This document shows, piece by piece, positions 12,490 to 22,989 of a stretch of DNA of 36,734 nucleotides. The position numbers and the translations under genes were made by a program. The first letter of the stretch is position 1. The number at the start of each line of letters is the position of its first letter. The stretch is from Octopus bimaculoides (taxonomy: Eukaryota). The notes beneath the pieces were generated by a model that was not told the origin of the DNA, did not search any database, and saw only the letters and a program-made list of their open reading frames with translations. The stretch is from the NCBI RefSeq assembly GCF_001194135.2, contig NC_069001.1, positions 21,407,436 through 21,444,169 on the forward strand, in the 5' to 3' direction.

Positions 12490-14150
12490 AATTATTATAA
12501 ATCTTCCACTGAGCAGGGAGCCGGTTTCCAACAAAGATACAAGGTTCCATCGTTGCAATGTAATTAACACAGACAAATTCACATTTGGAACTTGCGAAAA
12601 GTCTTCCATATTTCAACTGTTCCACTCACATATTGCACTTGTAATGTACGAATCAGCCGGTCGATTTCTCTTTCTGAAAATCCCAGTTTATCCAGTTTCT
12701 CCTTTAAGTATTTCCTAACAAAACGTAATGCTCGAAATGGTATGAATATAAATATTCCTAGTGCTCCAATTGATATGACTATGAATTCATAATCTAGATA
12801 TAAAAGCTGAAGGTTTCGAAGCAGTTGTCCATAGATATCCTATATTTCTCTGGTTCTTAAAGAGATATTTATATCTGCAGGGCAGCTGAACTCTATGATG
12901 GTACATATATTTGCCCATCTATCCCAAACAATAATATCCGCTCTATTATGTTTACATTTGACAGACGTTTCGATGGGAATATTCCACCAGTATTTCTTGA
13001 GCTACCGTTTATGAATGTATTCCATAACAAAGGGATTTTCTAAATTTATTTCAGGACAGTCTTTTTGTGGTTAGCATTGTACATTGTTTTAGCAACAACA
13101 TCGTGCCGTGACGATATTTTAGGACAGCTGTTAATCACATGATTGATGTCTTCCACAAAAACATGACATAGTCTACACATGCGATTGCACCTTGGGATTA
13201 CAAGAGCGTCACTGTCTCTCTTGTTCACCAGGTACTCTGTGGCAATCTTCTGTTCCTGGATTGCAAACGCATAGCCCTCAAAGTGTGATGTGAAGTAGTG
13301 GCCTTGTGTCCAAGAGAGGCAGCGCTTTGTATCAATTCTACTGTCTTCTTCAAGCTTCCGGGCAATATACCCATGCATAGTATTTCTTTTTAGTATGCTG
13401 AGTGCTTTCCATCCAGGTCTCCTCTAAGGTAAGAGAACTCAGCTGTTTTGAGGCTGTATAGGAGATCATCTGGAAGAGAGTGCTTCTCGAGGAGCTCACT
13501 GCCAACTCGTACAATGTTGCTCACTTCCCTTTTCAGCACTGCATCTATATATTTATTTTTCCTGCTGGTGCTGCCTCAGTGATACCATATGGCATTTGAA
13601 GGCCATCAGCACTGATCTCAGACCTCTACCACCTTCATTTCTTTTTAGGTAGAGCCTGTCAACATCACTGTTTCTGTAGAATTTCCCAATTGTTGTCAGG
13701 ATTTTGCGGGTTTTTATATCTATGAAGTGGATTTCCTCTACAGACCAATCAAGTATCTTAAATGTTAGGATCAGCACTGGTACTGCAAATGCATTGTGGG
13801 ATATTGTTTTGTTGTTAGAGGAGAGTTTCCTAAGTCGGGTGTAATATTCCCGTGTCACTCTAGCTTTATTTACAGTGCCTTCATATGCTACATTTTCGTC
13901 TATGCCTAGGTACTTGTAATATTCTTTATATGGAATGAAGGCGATAGAGAGACTGTTGATGCACAAATTTTGGGTTTGGCGGACTGACTTTCCCGTTCAA
14001 TAGTCAAACACAAACATTTCTTTTGACCAAATTCCATGTCTCTATCAGCTGAAAATGTTAATTCCAATGCATCTATGTATACAAGAGCAGGGTGACTTCT
14101 GGAAAAAATCTGTTTATGTAGTAATTTTCTAGCATTAAGTTTAACATGTA
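12490..14150 (-). mobile_element. 5'-truncated, degenerate R4/Dong-like non-LTR retrotransposon (RT C-terminus, CCHC zinc knuckle, restriction-like endonuclease)
   Basis: Minus-strand frames give TFSADRDMEFGQKKC, YKYLGIDEN, RLYLKRNEGGRGL, MHGYI, CRLCHVFVEDINHVINSCP...RHDVVAK, HNRADIIVWD...TIIEFSCPADINI and ISIGALG, ending ...KTFRKFQM* at 12579-12581. Multiple stops and frameshifts; short TAATAA tail near 12495. Confidence 0.9.
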
Positions 14151-14508
14151 ACAAGGTAAATGCAATGAAGGAAAATTGTAATTCGATGTAAATGTGTACA
14201 ATACTGAAAATATGCAGAATTATTAGTTTGAACAGAACACGACAGAATTTTCTATAATTTCGACAAATTACTCAATCAACAAACAACAAAAATAAAATTC
14301 CACAATGGAAGAGTTTTCGATATATAAAATGGAATTTAACTATTCTTTTGGTTTCATGTTTGCCATGAGAACATTATCGCAAACTTTTATACATTATGTT
14401 TAAAATATTTATCATACAAGTTCTAGTTTGCCTCTCAATATAGCTGTAAAACTATACGTGTATTTGATTTTGTTGTGTACATGTATGTATATTACAGTGT
14501 TTATATAA

Positions 14509-14563
<55 letters not shown>

Positions 14564-14837
14564 GAGTTATTTTCTTGTATTATGTAGCGAAGTAGAGATT
14601 TAAGTACGGAGAGTCATGTGAACGAATACAGAAGATTTATTGGCTTACAAAATGGAATATTGACATACACAACTTTTCCATTTGATACTACTGATAGAAA
14701 AATAAAGTAAATTGTTTTGAATTTAATATGGAACATGTGAGGTGGCCTTCAAATATATAGGCTCTTATATTTTTTTGTACAGACCCGCTTCCCCACCACA
14801 GTAATAGAGTATAACATCCAATATCAAATGACATATT

Positions 14838-15052
14838 AAGGTGCTGAGCTGGCATAACCATTAGCATGCTGGAAAAATGCTTAGCTACATTTCGTCCGTT
14901 CTATACGCTCTAAATTGTAATGCCACCGAGGTCGACTTTGCTTTCATCCTTTCGGGGTCGATAAAACAAGTACCAATTGAGGACTGGGGTCGATATAATC
15001 TACTTACTCCTTAACCCAGACTTGCGGATCTTGTGCCAAAATTTGAAAACAG
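14838..15052 (+). mobile_element. SINE (family B)
   Basis: aaggtgctgagctggca...gaggtcgactttgctttcatcctttcggggtcgataa...ttgtgccaaaatttgaaa is homologous to the three copies at 16790-17332. Confidence 0.8.
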
Positions 15053-15284
15053 TATTTGATAACACATGGTTATGGAGTTATTTTTTGAATTTTGTTGTCG
15101 ATAATGACGAATGGACGTGTTGTAAAAATACCTGTTAGAAATGTTTTAATAAATATGTCATTATGTTAATGATATATTCTGAAATATAATAAATATATTT
15201 CTTTTGTTTCGTAGACCCGCTTCATTATATATATATTTTTAATATTACGTTTCATTTTATTGTTATATGGGAAATTGCGAGGAA

Positions 15285-16160
15285 GAGAAATAATATTCTT
15301 AAGATTATAAACATGGAAAATTAGAGCACAAGTTATTACACTTGGAAATGTTCAGGACACGTTATTACATCTGGTAAAGAATAGAACAAGAAAAAAATTA
15401 CTTCAAATATTGCAGCTAAGGATAAAATTTCAAATAAAATATTTAGATTTAGAAAATAATAGCTTTTATTAAAACTAAAAATTTTATTACAAGTTATTAC
15501 TTCTATTTGTTATTACTTGTTACTTCTATTAAAAAGAAAACAAAATGACTCAATTAGAATATTTTTGTACTTTAAAATATTCATGTTTTAAATTATTAAT
15601 TAACAATTAAAAATTTGAAAATAGGTTTTAAAATGATAGTAGTACATAATTAGTTACTACAATAAATAGAATAATACAAAATTAGTTATATATTACAGTA
15701 AAATCAACAAATCCACAGTAAAATAACAACAATTCACAGAAAAATAACAACATATTCACAGTAAAATTTACTTGAGTTATTGCCTAAGTTATTGCCAAGT
15801 CTTCACATTTTTAGTCTTGACCCAATACCTATATTTTACATAATGAATTTGCCTATCATATATACTATTCTACTTTGCATAAAACTTTAGCTATATTGGT
15901 ACTTCTGGCTCATTTTTTAAGTATTTTAGTGTGTCGATATTTTACCAAAATGATGGTGCATTTTTAAATTATAATGTTACTTTGTAGATTAAAATAAAAT
16001 GATTTTTAATATTCAAATTTTATCCTTAGCTGCAATATTTTAAGTAAAAATGTTCTTGTTCTGTACTTTACCAGATGTAATAACTTGTCCTAAACGTTTC
16101 CAAATGTAATAACTTGTCCTGTACTTTTCAAGGTTTATAATCTTAAGAATATTATTTCTC
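15285..16160. mobile_element. Foldback/MITE-like element with ~150-bp imperfect terminal inverted repeats
   Basis: 15285-15432 is the reverse complement of about 16015-16160 (for example gagaaataatattcttaagattataaac / gtttataatcttaagaatattatttctc, and aatattgcagctaaggataaaattt / aaattttatccttagctgcaatatt). Confidence 0.75.
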
Positions 16161-16424
16161 CTTTTTTTTCCAAGTAATCCATGTTTTTTTTCCTATGCAA
16201 TGCTATTGTGCTAACTAATAATATGTCAATTAATAATTTAAGATTTTACTTTATTGAAAATTGAATTTGATAAGCTTTCAAAGAGCAACAACTACTGTTA
16301 TTAGCCATCCACATCATTTTAATGGCAGATAAATTTACCATCTTGAATGTTGCACCATGCTCATCAATCGGTTACAAGCAACAAGACCATAAAACCATCA
16401 GTTACCAGGATCACCTTAAGTAAC

Positions 16425-16719
16425 CTAGATTTTGAGTTGGTGATAATAGCAATGACTGCTGCTGATCTAGATCTGTCAATAATGATTCAATACAACAGTA
16501 ATTATAAAAGCATATCTGATATACACAAGTGAAAATTACTTACATTTCCATAATGCAGAATTTGATATCGGAAATCCCTTTAATTTAACTTCGATATTAA
16601 ATAAGTTTAGAATATAAACACTTTATAACAATACCTTTTCTGGACAGCCTTACTACATACCTTCAGAGACAACCAAAAAATGACTATATTCTTTCCCCAA
16701 TGAAATTAGATGTGTATAT
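16425..16719 (-). CDS. Candidate three-exon cluster (16661-16719, 16544-16588, 16472 to ~16425), product unknown
   Basis: GTATGT and GTAAGT donors, AG acceptors, and 72- and 71-nt introns. The phase-compatible join reads YTHLISLGKEYSHFLVVSEVKLKGFPISNSALWKYLDQQQSLLLSPTQNL. Confidence 0.35.
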
Positions 16720-16789
16720 CTGAAGCATATAACCCATTAATGAACTAGCCTGATAAAATAATTAACTAAAAAGAAAAAGGAAAGCAACT

Positions 16790-16983
16790 AAAAAAAAATT
16801 TGGGGAAGTGTGTAAGTTAATCCCACCGACGCCAGTTCTCAACTGATACGTTTTCTATCGGCTCCGAAAGGAATGATAAGCAAGGTTAACCTCAAAGGAA
16901 TTTCAGTTCAGAATATAAGGCCAGAAGAAATATCGCTAAGCATTTTTTGAGGAATGTAACGATTTTGCCAACCCACCGCCTTT
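16790..16983 (-). mobile_element. SINE (family B), diverged
   Basis: cgctaagcatt...gattttgccaacccaccgcctt matches the family B 5' head; cgaaagga.tga.aag matches its core. Confidence 0.7.
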
Positions 16984-17012
16984 GTAACAATAATTCTTTC
17001 CACTATAGACAC

Positions 17013-17115
17013 AAGGTTTGAAATTGTTGGTGGGTGGGCTAGTCGACTTATTTAACCGACCCCGAAAGGATGAAAGGCAAAGTCGACCTCGGCGGAATTT
17101 GAACGTATAACGTAA
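17013..17115 (-). mobile_element. SINE (family B), partial
   Basis: cgaccccgaaaggatgaaaggcaaagtcgacctcggcggaatttgaac is the reverse complement of the 14925-14960 core. Confidence 0.8.
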
Positions 17116-17140
17116 CATAATTGTATTCTAGAAAGTTAAT

Positions 17141-17332
17141 AATCCTTTCTACTCTAGGCACAAGGACTGGAATTAGTGGGGAGAGAGATAGTCGATTACA
17201 TCGACCGCAGTACTTGACTGGTACTTAATTTATCGACCCCTAAAAGATGCAAGGCAGAACTCAGCGGCAGACGAAATACCGCTAAGCATTTCGCCCGGCG
17301 TGTCAAAGGATTCTGTCAGCTCATCACCTTTT
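17141..17332 (-). mobile_element. SINE (family B), near full length with an internal deletion
   Basis: tttctactctaggcacaagg...atcgacc...gaaataccgctaagcatttcgcccggcg. Confidence 0.8.
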
Positions 17333-17887
17333 TGTAACAATAAATAATGAAACAATGTTGCAACAGTACGATTATATTTTTGTTACTGTTCATATTTTAT
17401 CAATGAAGAAGTGAACGCTTATCGAAATTATGTGGCCCCTTTCTAAGATTTGCTGTTTTTATTTTCTGTATAGAGGTGTTGTATTTATCTAGATTGAAAG
17501 AAAGCAAACTTGTTTATATATTGAATGGGGCTGCAGTTAATTTCTTGGGTTTTCTAGGTGTGTGTGTTGATCTATAGTTTATGGATATAGTGGAAAAAGA
17601 AATTGTTTGTATAAACAAATACATTGTCAAAAAAAGCAATGATTCCACGAAATCCTGGTAATTTAATTCCGCTATTTCATTGTTTCAATGATCTCAGTAT
17701 TCTAGTTTTGTGTCAACCTCTCGAGAAATTACAAAGTATTGGTGGCATGTTATTATTCTTTTTCAATTTGAGGAAAATATGTGTCTGTGTATCTGTTTGT
17801 ATGTGTATGCCTATTTATGTGTATATATGTATATGAACACGCAAAGAAAGATAGATAAATAGATAGATAGATAGATAGATAGATAGA

Positions 17888-18117
17888 AGGGCTTTCTCGC
17901 GCCTTAGGCTCATAAGGCCGGTCTCCCGGATTCTATGGTATATATATTCCCCTTTGGATGGATCGCTGGTCTGTCAGGGGATTAGTTGTTTCTGCTAGTT
18001 TAGTGGACTGGAACAACATGAAATTTAATATTTTGCTAAAAAGCACAGGGCCAGGAATCGAAACCACAATCATATAATCATGAGTCCAACACCCTAACCA
18101 ATAAGCCACGCCCTTCC
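17888..18117 (-). mobile_element. tRNA-derived SINE (family C)
   Basis: Minus-strand head GGGCGTGGCTTATTGGTTAGGGTGTTGGACTCATGA...GTGGTTTCGATTCC has Pol III A- and B-box-like motifs and is followed by a non-tRNA body ending at a (GATA)n tract. Confidence 0.7.
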
Positions 18118-18184
18118 ATCGGTAGGGAAATGATAGATAAACAATTACATGCAGACAGACAGGTATATATATATATATATATAT

Positions 18185-18333
18185 NNNNNNNNNNNNNNNN
18201 NNNNNNNNNNNNNNNNNNNNNNNNNNNNNNNNNNNNNNNNNNNNNNNNNNNNNNNNNNNNNNNNNNNNNNNNNNNNNNNNNNNNNNNNNNNNNNNNNNNN
18301 NNNNNNNNNNNNNNNNNNNNNNNNNNNNNNNNN
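18185..18333. other. Assembly gap (N run)
   Basis: N run. Confidence 1.
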
Positions 18334-18825
18334 TATATATAGATATATATAGATACATATAGATTGATAGAGAATGGTCAATGTATTTTTAGCTATTCGA
18401 AACAAATAACGCCATTAACAATTCTACTCCCATAAACATATTATGGAAGCAGAATCCTTAATGCAGTTATTTGTCGAACTACTGACAGTTTCGATTATAA
18501 GAAGTATGCAATGTCACAAAGAAATTGCTCCGTTTTAATTATGTTGCAAAAATTTGTTTTAGATTGAAATTCTTTAAATGTAGCATGTATCAAAGAAAAT
18601 GTACGCGAAATATTTCCTTAATTTAAGTACGAATACTTCATTAAATATTACTGATCATTGATAGCATTCATATGCAAGGAACGAATTAGATGTAAAGAGA
18701 ATATGCAAATCAAATATAGTTGAACATAGATTGAATACATGTAAACATGACATTCATTGCTTTCACAAATGCAAAAATATAATCGGTGCAGATAATTTGT
18801 TAATTCGAATGAATATTAATTATCC

Positions 18826-19030
18826 TTTATCTTCTACTTGTTTTAGTCATTAGACTGCAGCCATTCTGGAGCATCACCGTGAGGAATTTTAGCCAAAATA
18901 ATCGGCCCCAGTCCTTTTTTTAAGCCTAGTACTTATTCTGTTGGTTTCTTTTGTCGAATCGCTAATTTACAGGGACGTGGACACACCAACACCGGTTGTC
19001 AAGCGGCAGTGAGGGACAAACACATGAACA
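18826..19030 (-). mobile_element. SINE, 3' half (family A)
   Basis: tacttgttttagtcattagactgcagccat...agtacttattct...caccggttgtcaagcg...ggacaaacaca. Confidence 0.8.
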
Positions 19031-19032
19031 AG

Positions 19033-19037
19033 CACAC

Positions 19038-19120
<83 letters not shown>
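19033..19120. repeat. (CA)n microsatellite
   Basis: Read directly from sequence. Confidence 0.95.
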
Positions 19121-19121
<1 letters not shown>

Positions 19122-20085
19122 GTATATTAAGTGTATGATTTAAGTTATAGAACGAAGTTCGACAAATTCAATCATAGTTTTCGTAAATGGAAGAGTTTAG
19201 ATGTTAATATGGAATAAAATATTTTTTATTCATTTCGCTATACGATCGTTTCGTACAAGAAGAAAGTTAATTTTAAGAAACTGGGTTGTCAACAAGTACT
19301 CATCAGTAGCACAATAAGAAAAATGTAATAACCACTAAATAAAGAAAAAAGGGTGACTTTAGAATTACATGGGTATGGTGTTCGTACTAATGTTTGTAAT
19401 GTGTAATTGTTCATGGAGTCATGTCTTTTTAACACACGACTATCGAGTAACGGTTAGATGGTGATATATATAATATATAGGTAACTTTCTCTATATAGAT
19501 TAGTATAAAGAGCTAATTTAAAACTCTCATATAAGAAGTAAGAAGCAAGTTGGGTTGAAAAAAGAATATCCAAATAAGGAAGTACGGAATTTTAAATACT
19601 GGAAACTAAAAATTTCTATTTAACCGTTGATAATCGCTACGGCTTATTCATAAATTAGAAAAATATTTAAAAGCAATAATAAATGGTTACTGGTATATAG
19701 ACTTTATAATATAATATTTTATGTAAATAATATGTTAAAATTATAGAAGGAGATAAGTAGATATTACAGAAAGTAATTAAGGCAATGACATAGTAGATAC
19801 TAAAACGCGGTTAATAAAACGATAAAAAGATATAAAAATTATAAGAATAATAAATTAAATATGAAGATGAGGGGTATTTTATTTACAATGTCCGCTGCTA
19901 AAACTATAAATCATCTATGGAATAGTATATATATAAAAAAAAATATATATCAAACAGATTTGAGAATAATTTAAGAGAAAGATAAAGATTTTCGAATATA
20001 GACTAGAAGATAATAAATAAGAGCGAAAAAAGGTCTAGTTTATGTCTGCTATGGAAATTGCAAAAATTAAAAATATTGGCATTAT
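19121..20085 (-). mobile_element. ~1-kb AT-rich insert carrying a hammerhead motif (probable Penelope-like element remnant or non-autonomous derivative)
   Basis: Lies between the two halves of one family A SINE and contains a canonical hammerhead. No recognisable RT or GIY-YIG ORF was found, and the boundaries are approximate. Confidence 0.45.
19237..19310 (-). ncRNA. Minimal type I hammerhead ribozyme motif
   Basis: Minus strand: GCTA-CTGATGA-GTAC-(39-nt loop)-GTAC-GAAA-CGATCG-T-A-TAGC. Stem I is GCTA/TAGC, stem II is GTAC/GTAC, stem III is the palindrome ACGATCGT, and the predicted GUA cleavage site lies between 19241 and 19240. Confidence 0.8.
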
Positions 20086-20127
20086 ATGTATATGGATATG
20101 CAAATATTTTTGTGTCATACATAATTT

Positions 20128-20272
20128 ACGACAAGCTTCTTTCAGTTTCCATCTACCAAATCCATTCACAACGCTTTGGTCAACGCAAGGCTATAGTAGA
20201 AGACCCTCGCTCAAGGTGCCAAGCAGTGGGACTGAACCCGGAACCATGTGGTTAGAAAGCAATCTTCCAGGA
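20128..20272 (-). mobile_element. SINE, 5' half (family A)
   Basis: cttctttcagtttccatctaccaaatcca.tcacaa...gctatagtagaagac...gcagtgggactgaacccggaaccatgtgg. Confidence 0.85.
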
Positions 20273-20559
20273 ACTAACACTTAAATTATGTTTATAGCTT
20301 TCTGTAATAGGTCATTAAGAAGGGAAATAAAGCAGCGTAATACTTGGGAGTCGGAACAGACTGGGTTCGGCACAAATATATTTCTCCCTTAAAAACTTGC
20401 ATGCACACATAGAATTAGCTATTTACATATAGTAGGATTCTACGAAATTCGTGCAGGGTGCAGAAAAATCAGTAAAGGAGGAAAAATATTGTTTTCTATA
20501 GGTCTACTGTAAAGTTTCTTACTGCTTTTCTTTCCTTAGAAGAGATTTTAACATTGGTT

Positions 20560-20738
20560 GTCCCCCATCACTGTTTGACAACCGGCGTTGATGTGTTTAT
20601 GTCCCCGTAATTTAGCGGTTCGGCAAAAGAAACGGATAGTTATAAGTACTAGAGTGATGCATTCGATTTCTTCAACTAAAAACTTTCAAGGCGGTGCTTC
20701 AGCATGGCCGCAATCAAATTACTGAAATAAGTAAAAGA

Positions 20739-20739
<1 letters not shown>
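20560..20739 (+). mobile_element. SINE, 3' half (family A)
   Basis: ttgacaaccggcgttgatgtgtttatgtccccgtaatttagcggttcggcaaaaga...cagcatggccgca...tactgaaataagtaaaagaa. Confidence 0.85.
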
Positions 20740-20807
<68 letters not shown>

Positions 20808-20934
20808 AAACCAAGGTTTATGAACTCATCGATGAAAATCCACTGTCACATATATAAAGAAATTTATAATTAAAAGTACAATAAATAAGTATAATATAAT
20901 ACAAAGTAAATATCATAAGATCAAGATAATAAAA

Positions 20935-21029
20935 TGACTACACGTGTTTCATAACCAATTTTCAAATAGAAAGAAATTGAAATCGATTAAAATCAATTCT
21001 ATTCATAAATATAGCTAATCTTCAGGTCA
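20935..21029 (-). ncRNA. Hammerhead-like motif in the left arm
   Basis: TGAC-CTGAAGA-T-TAGCTA...TGGTTA-T-GAAA-CACGTG-T-A-GTCA. Stem III is the palindrome ACACGTGT with a GUA site; the stem II closing position is a non-canonical U-U. Confidence 0.6.
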
Positions 21030-21702
21030 AAATACAACAATAATAATAAATGAATGCATATATCAACCAATGATAAATAAGAAATGAATGTATATAAAAT
21101 ACTTATTATTTTTTACTTTGTTCACGATGTTATATTATTATTTGGAATAAATAAATACGCTTGTATTTTTTTTATTATTCAATTGATTTTTAATGATAAT
21201 TTTAATCGATACCTCATTTAGCACTAAATTATTTTGAAATTAGAGTACCATTTTAGCCTAGTATAAGACTTCGATTTGATTAAAGTTGAAATATTTTCGA
21301 TTAATACTATTTTATACGATAAATACCTAGTCTTTTTATGTTAAGTTCCTATACTATACGGAATATTTTCATTAGGCGTCTTATAAATAAATGTTTTTAA
21401 TCATAAATAGCATAACTTAAACTATTGCATCATTTAAATATGTGCTAATAATATCTTTATTATTTTAACCTTAACCTTCATTCAAATTGTATTTTAAACG
21501 AAAAAATTTGTTTAGTTGGTTTTTATATATAATATACTTATTAGATTATTTTATAACGGATGTAGGATTGATTATGGAATGGTTATTATTTTGATATTCT
21601 AATAATATTTTTCTATCTGTATATAATAAGTATTTTATATACATTCATTTGTTATTTATTGTTGGTTGGTATATACATTCATTTATTATAATTGTTGTAT
21701 TT

Positions 21703-21817
21703 TGACCTGAAGATTAGCTATATTTTTGAATAGAATTGATTTTCGATAGTTTTAATCGATTTTAATCGATTTAAATTTCTTTCTATTTGAAAATTGGTTA
21801 TGAAATACGTGTAGTCA
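21703..21817 (+). ncRNA. Hammerhead-like motif in the right arm
   Basis: TGAC-CTGAAGA-T-TAGCTA...TGGTTA-T-GAAA-TACGTG-T-A-GTCA. It has a C-to-T change in stem III and a longer loop II than the left copy. Confidence 0.55.
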
Positions 21818-21960
21818 TTTTATTATCTTGATCTTATGATATTTACTTTGTATTATATTATACTTATTTATTGTACTTTTAATTATAAATTTCTTTATAT
21901 ATGTGACAGTGGATTTTCATCGATGAATTCATAAACCTTGGTTTTTTTCCCCTAATACTA

Positions 21961-22257
21961 NNNNNNNNNNNNNNNNNNNNNNNNNNNNNNNNNNNNNNNN
22001 NNNNNNNNNNNNNNNNNNNNNNNNNNNNNNNNNNNNNNNNNNNNNNNNNNNNNNNNNNNNNNNNNNNNNNNNNNNNNNNNNNNNNNNNNNNNNNNNNNNN
22101 NNNNNNNNNNNNNNNNNNNNNNNNNNNNNNNNNNNNNNNNNNNNNNNNNNNNNNNNNNNNNNNNNNNNNNNNNNNNNNNNNNNNNNNNNNNNNNNNNNNN
22201 NNNNNNNNNNNNNNNNNNNNNNNNNNNNNNNNNNNNNNNNNNNNNNNNNNNNNNNNN
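21961..22257. other. Assembly gap (N run)
   Basis: N run. Confidence 1.
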
Positions 22258-22542
22258 TGGCTCTCAAAACTTGCCAAAACTATTTCTGACAATATCTTTT
22301 GCGTTTCCTGTGACAGACAATTGCTTTCTTGTATTACTGAGCAATTCCAATATTTTCCCATTGTACATTTTGTCAAATTTTGTAGATCCCAATTTATATT
22401 TCTTGCAATTATTTTTGTTTTTGACTTGTCACATTGTTGTACCATATCTTGTTGTTTGTGATCGGTTACCATCTTTGCTCTTTTCTTGTGCCTGCTCCAG
22501 TTATTCTCTATTTTCGTATTGGCCTTCTCAGCAGGGAGCCCC

Positions 22543-22930
22543 TGTAGCGAGGCACAAAGAAGCCAGCACCATTTTGAAACAGCGAGAGCTCGCTTGCAAC
22601 CATTGCCATACGCGAGACAAAAACGAGATTTTGCCTGCAACCAATAATTAAGGAAAAGACAACATTTTCCCTCTCATTCTTCTCACGCTGACTCCGAGGA
22701 AGACTTCGAAGCCAGGATCTCACAGCGAACTTTTGTCCCGCTGTAATACCACACGCATTGTCTCCAGATGTTATTGAACCTCACGTGTATGGGAGAGAAG
22801 GCTAACTACGCACTGCTGTGAAGATAGTTACTGAAAGCAAACCCCTTGTACGAAGCACCTGTGAATAAACGGTTATTGAATTTACTCCGCCTGAGAATTT
22901 CATTCGTATTTCCAGCTCCTTGAATGAACA
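22543..22930 (+). mobile_element. Possible solo LTR
   Basis: GC-richer block starting TGTAGCG and ending TGAACA, with AATAAA about 65 nt before the end. No target-site duplication was seen. Confidence 0.3.
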
Positions 22931-22989
22931 GAATAATTATAATGAAGATACCGCAAAAGTATCATAAAAAAAAACTTCCTTCCATTATA

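Larger units (their letters stand above)
20807..21945. repeat. Long inverted repeat: ~300-320-bp arms (20807-21109 and 21623-21945) around a ~510-bp spacer; probable inverted Penelope-type pseudo-LTRs
   Basis: The arms are near-identical reverse complements over their outer ~170 bp (aaaaccaaggtttatgaa.tcatcgatgaaaatccactgtcacatatataaag...). Each arm carries a hammerhead-like motif. Confidence 0.9.

Noticed and set aside
14770-15225. Repeated agacccgcttc after pyrimidine tracts at ~14781 and ~15213
   Set aside because: An 11-bp match alone is too short to support a TSD or a duplicated exon.
18050-18117. tRNA-like sequence with A and B boxes
   Set aside because: No complete cloverleaf, and it is continuous with a SINE body, so it is a SINE head rather than a tRNA gene.
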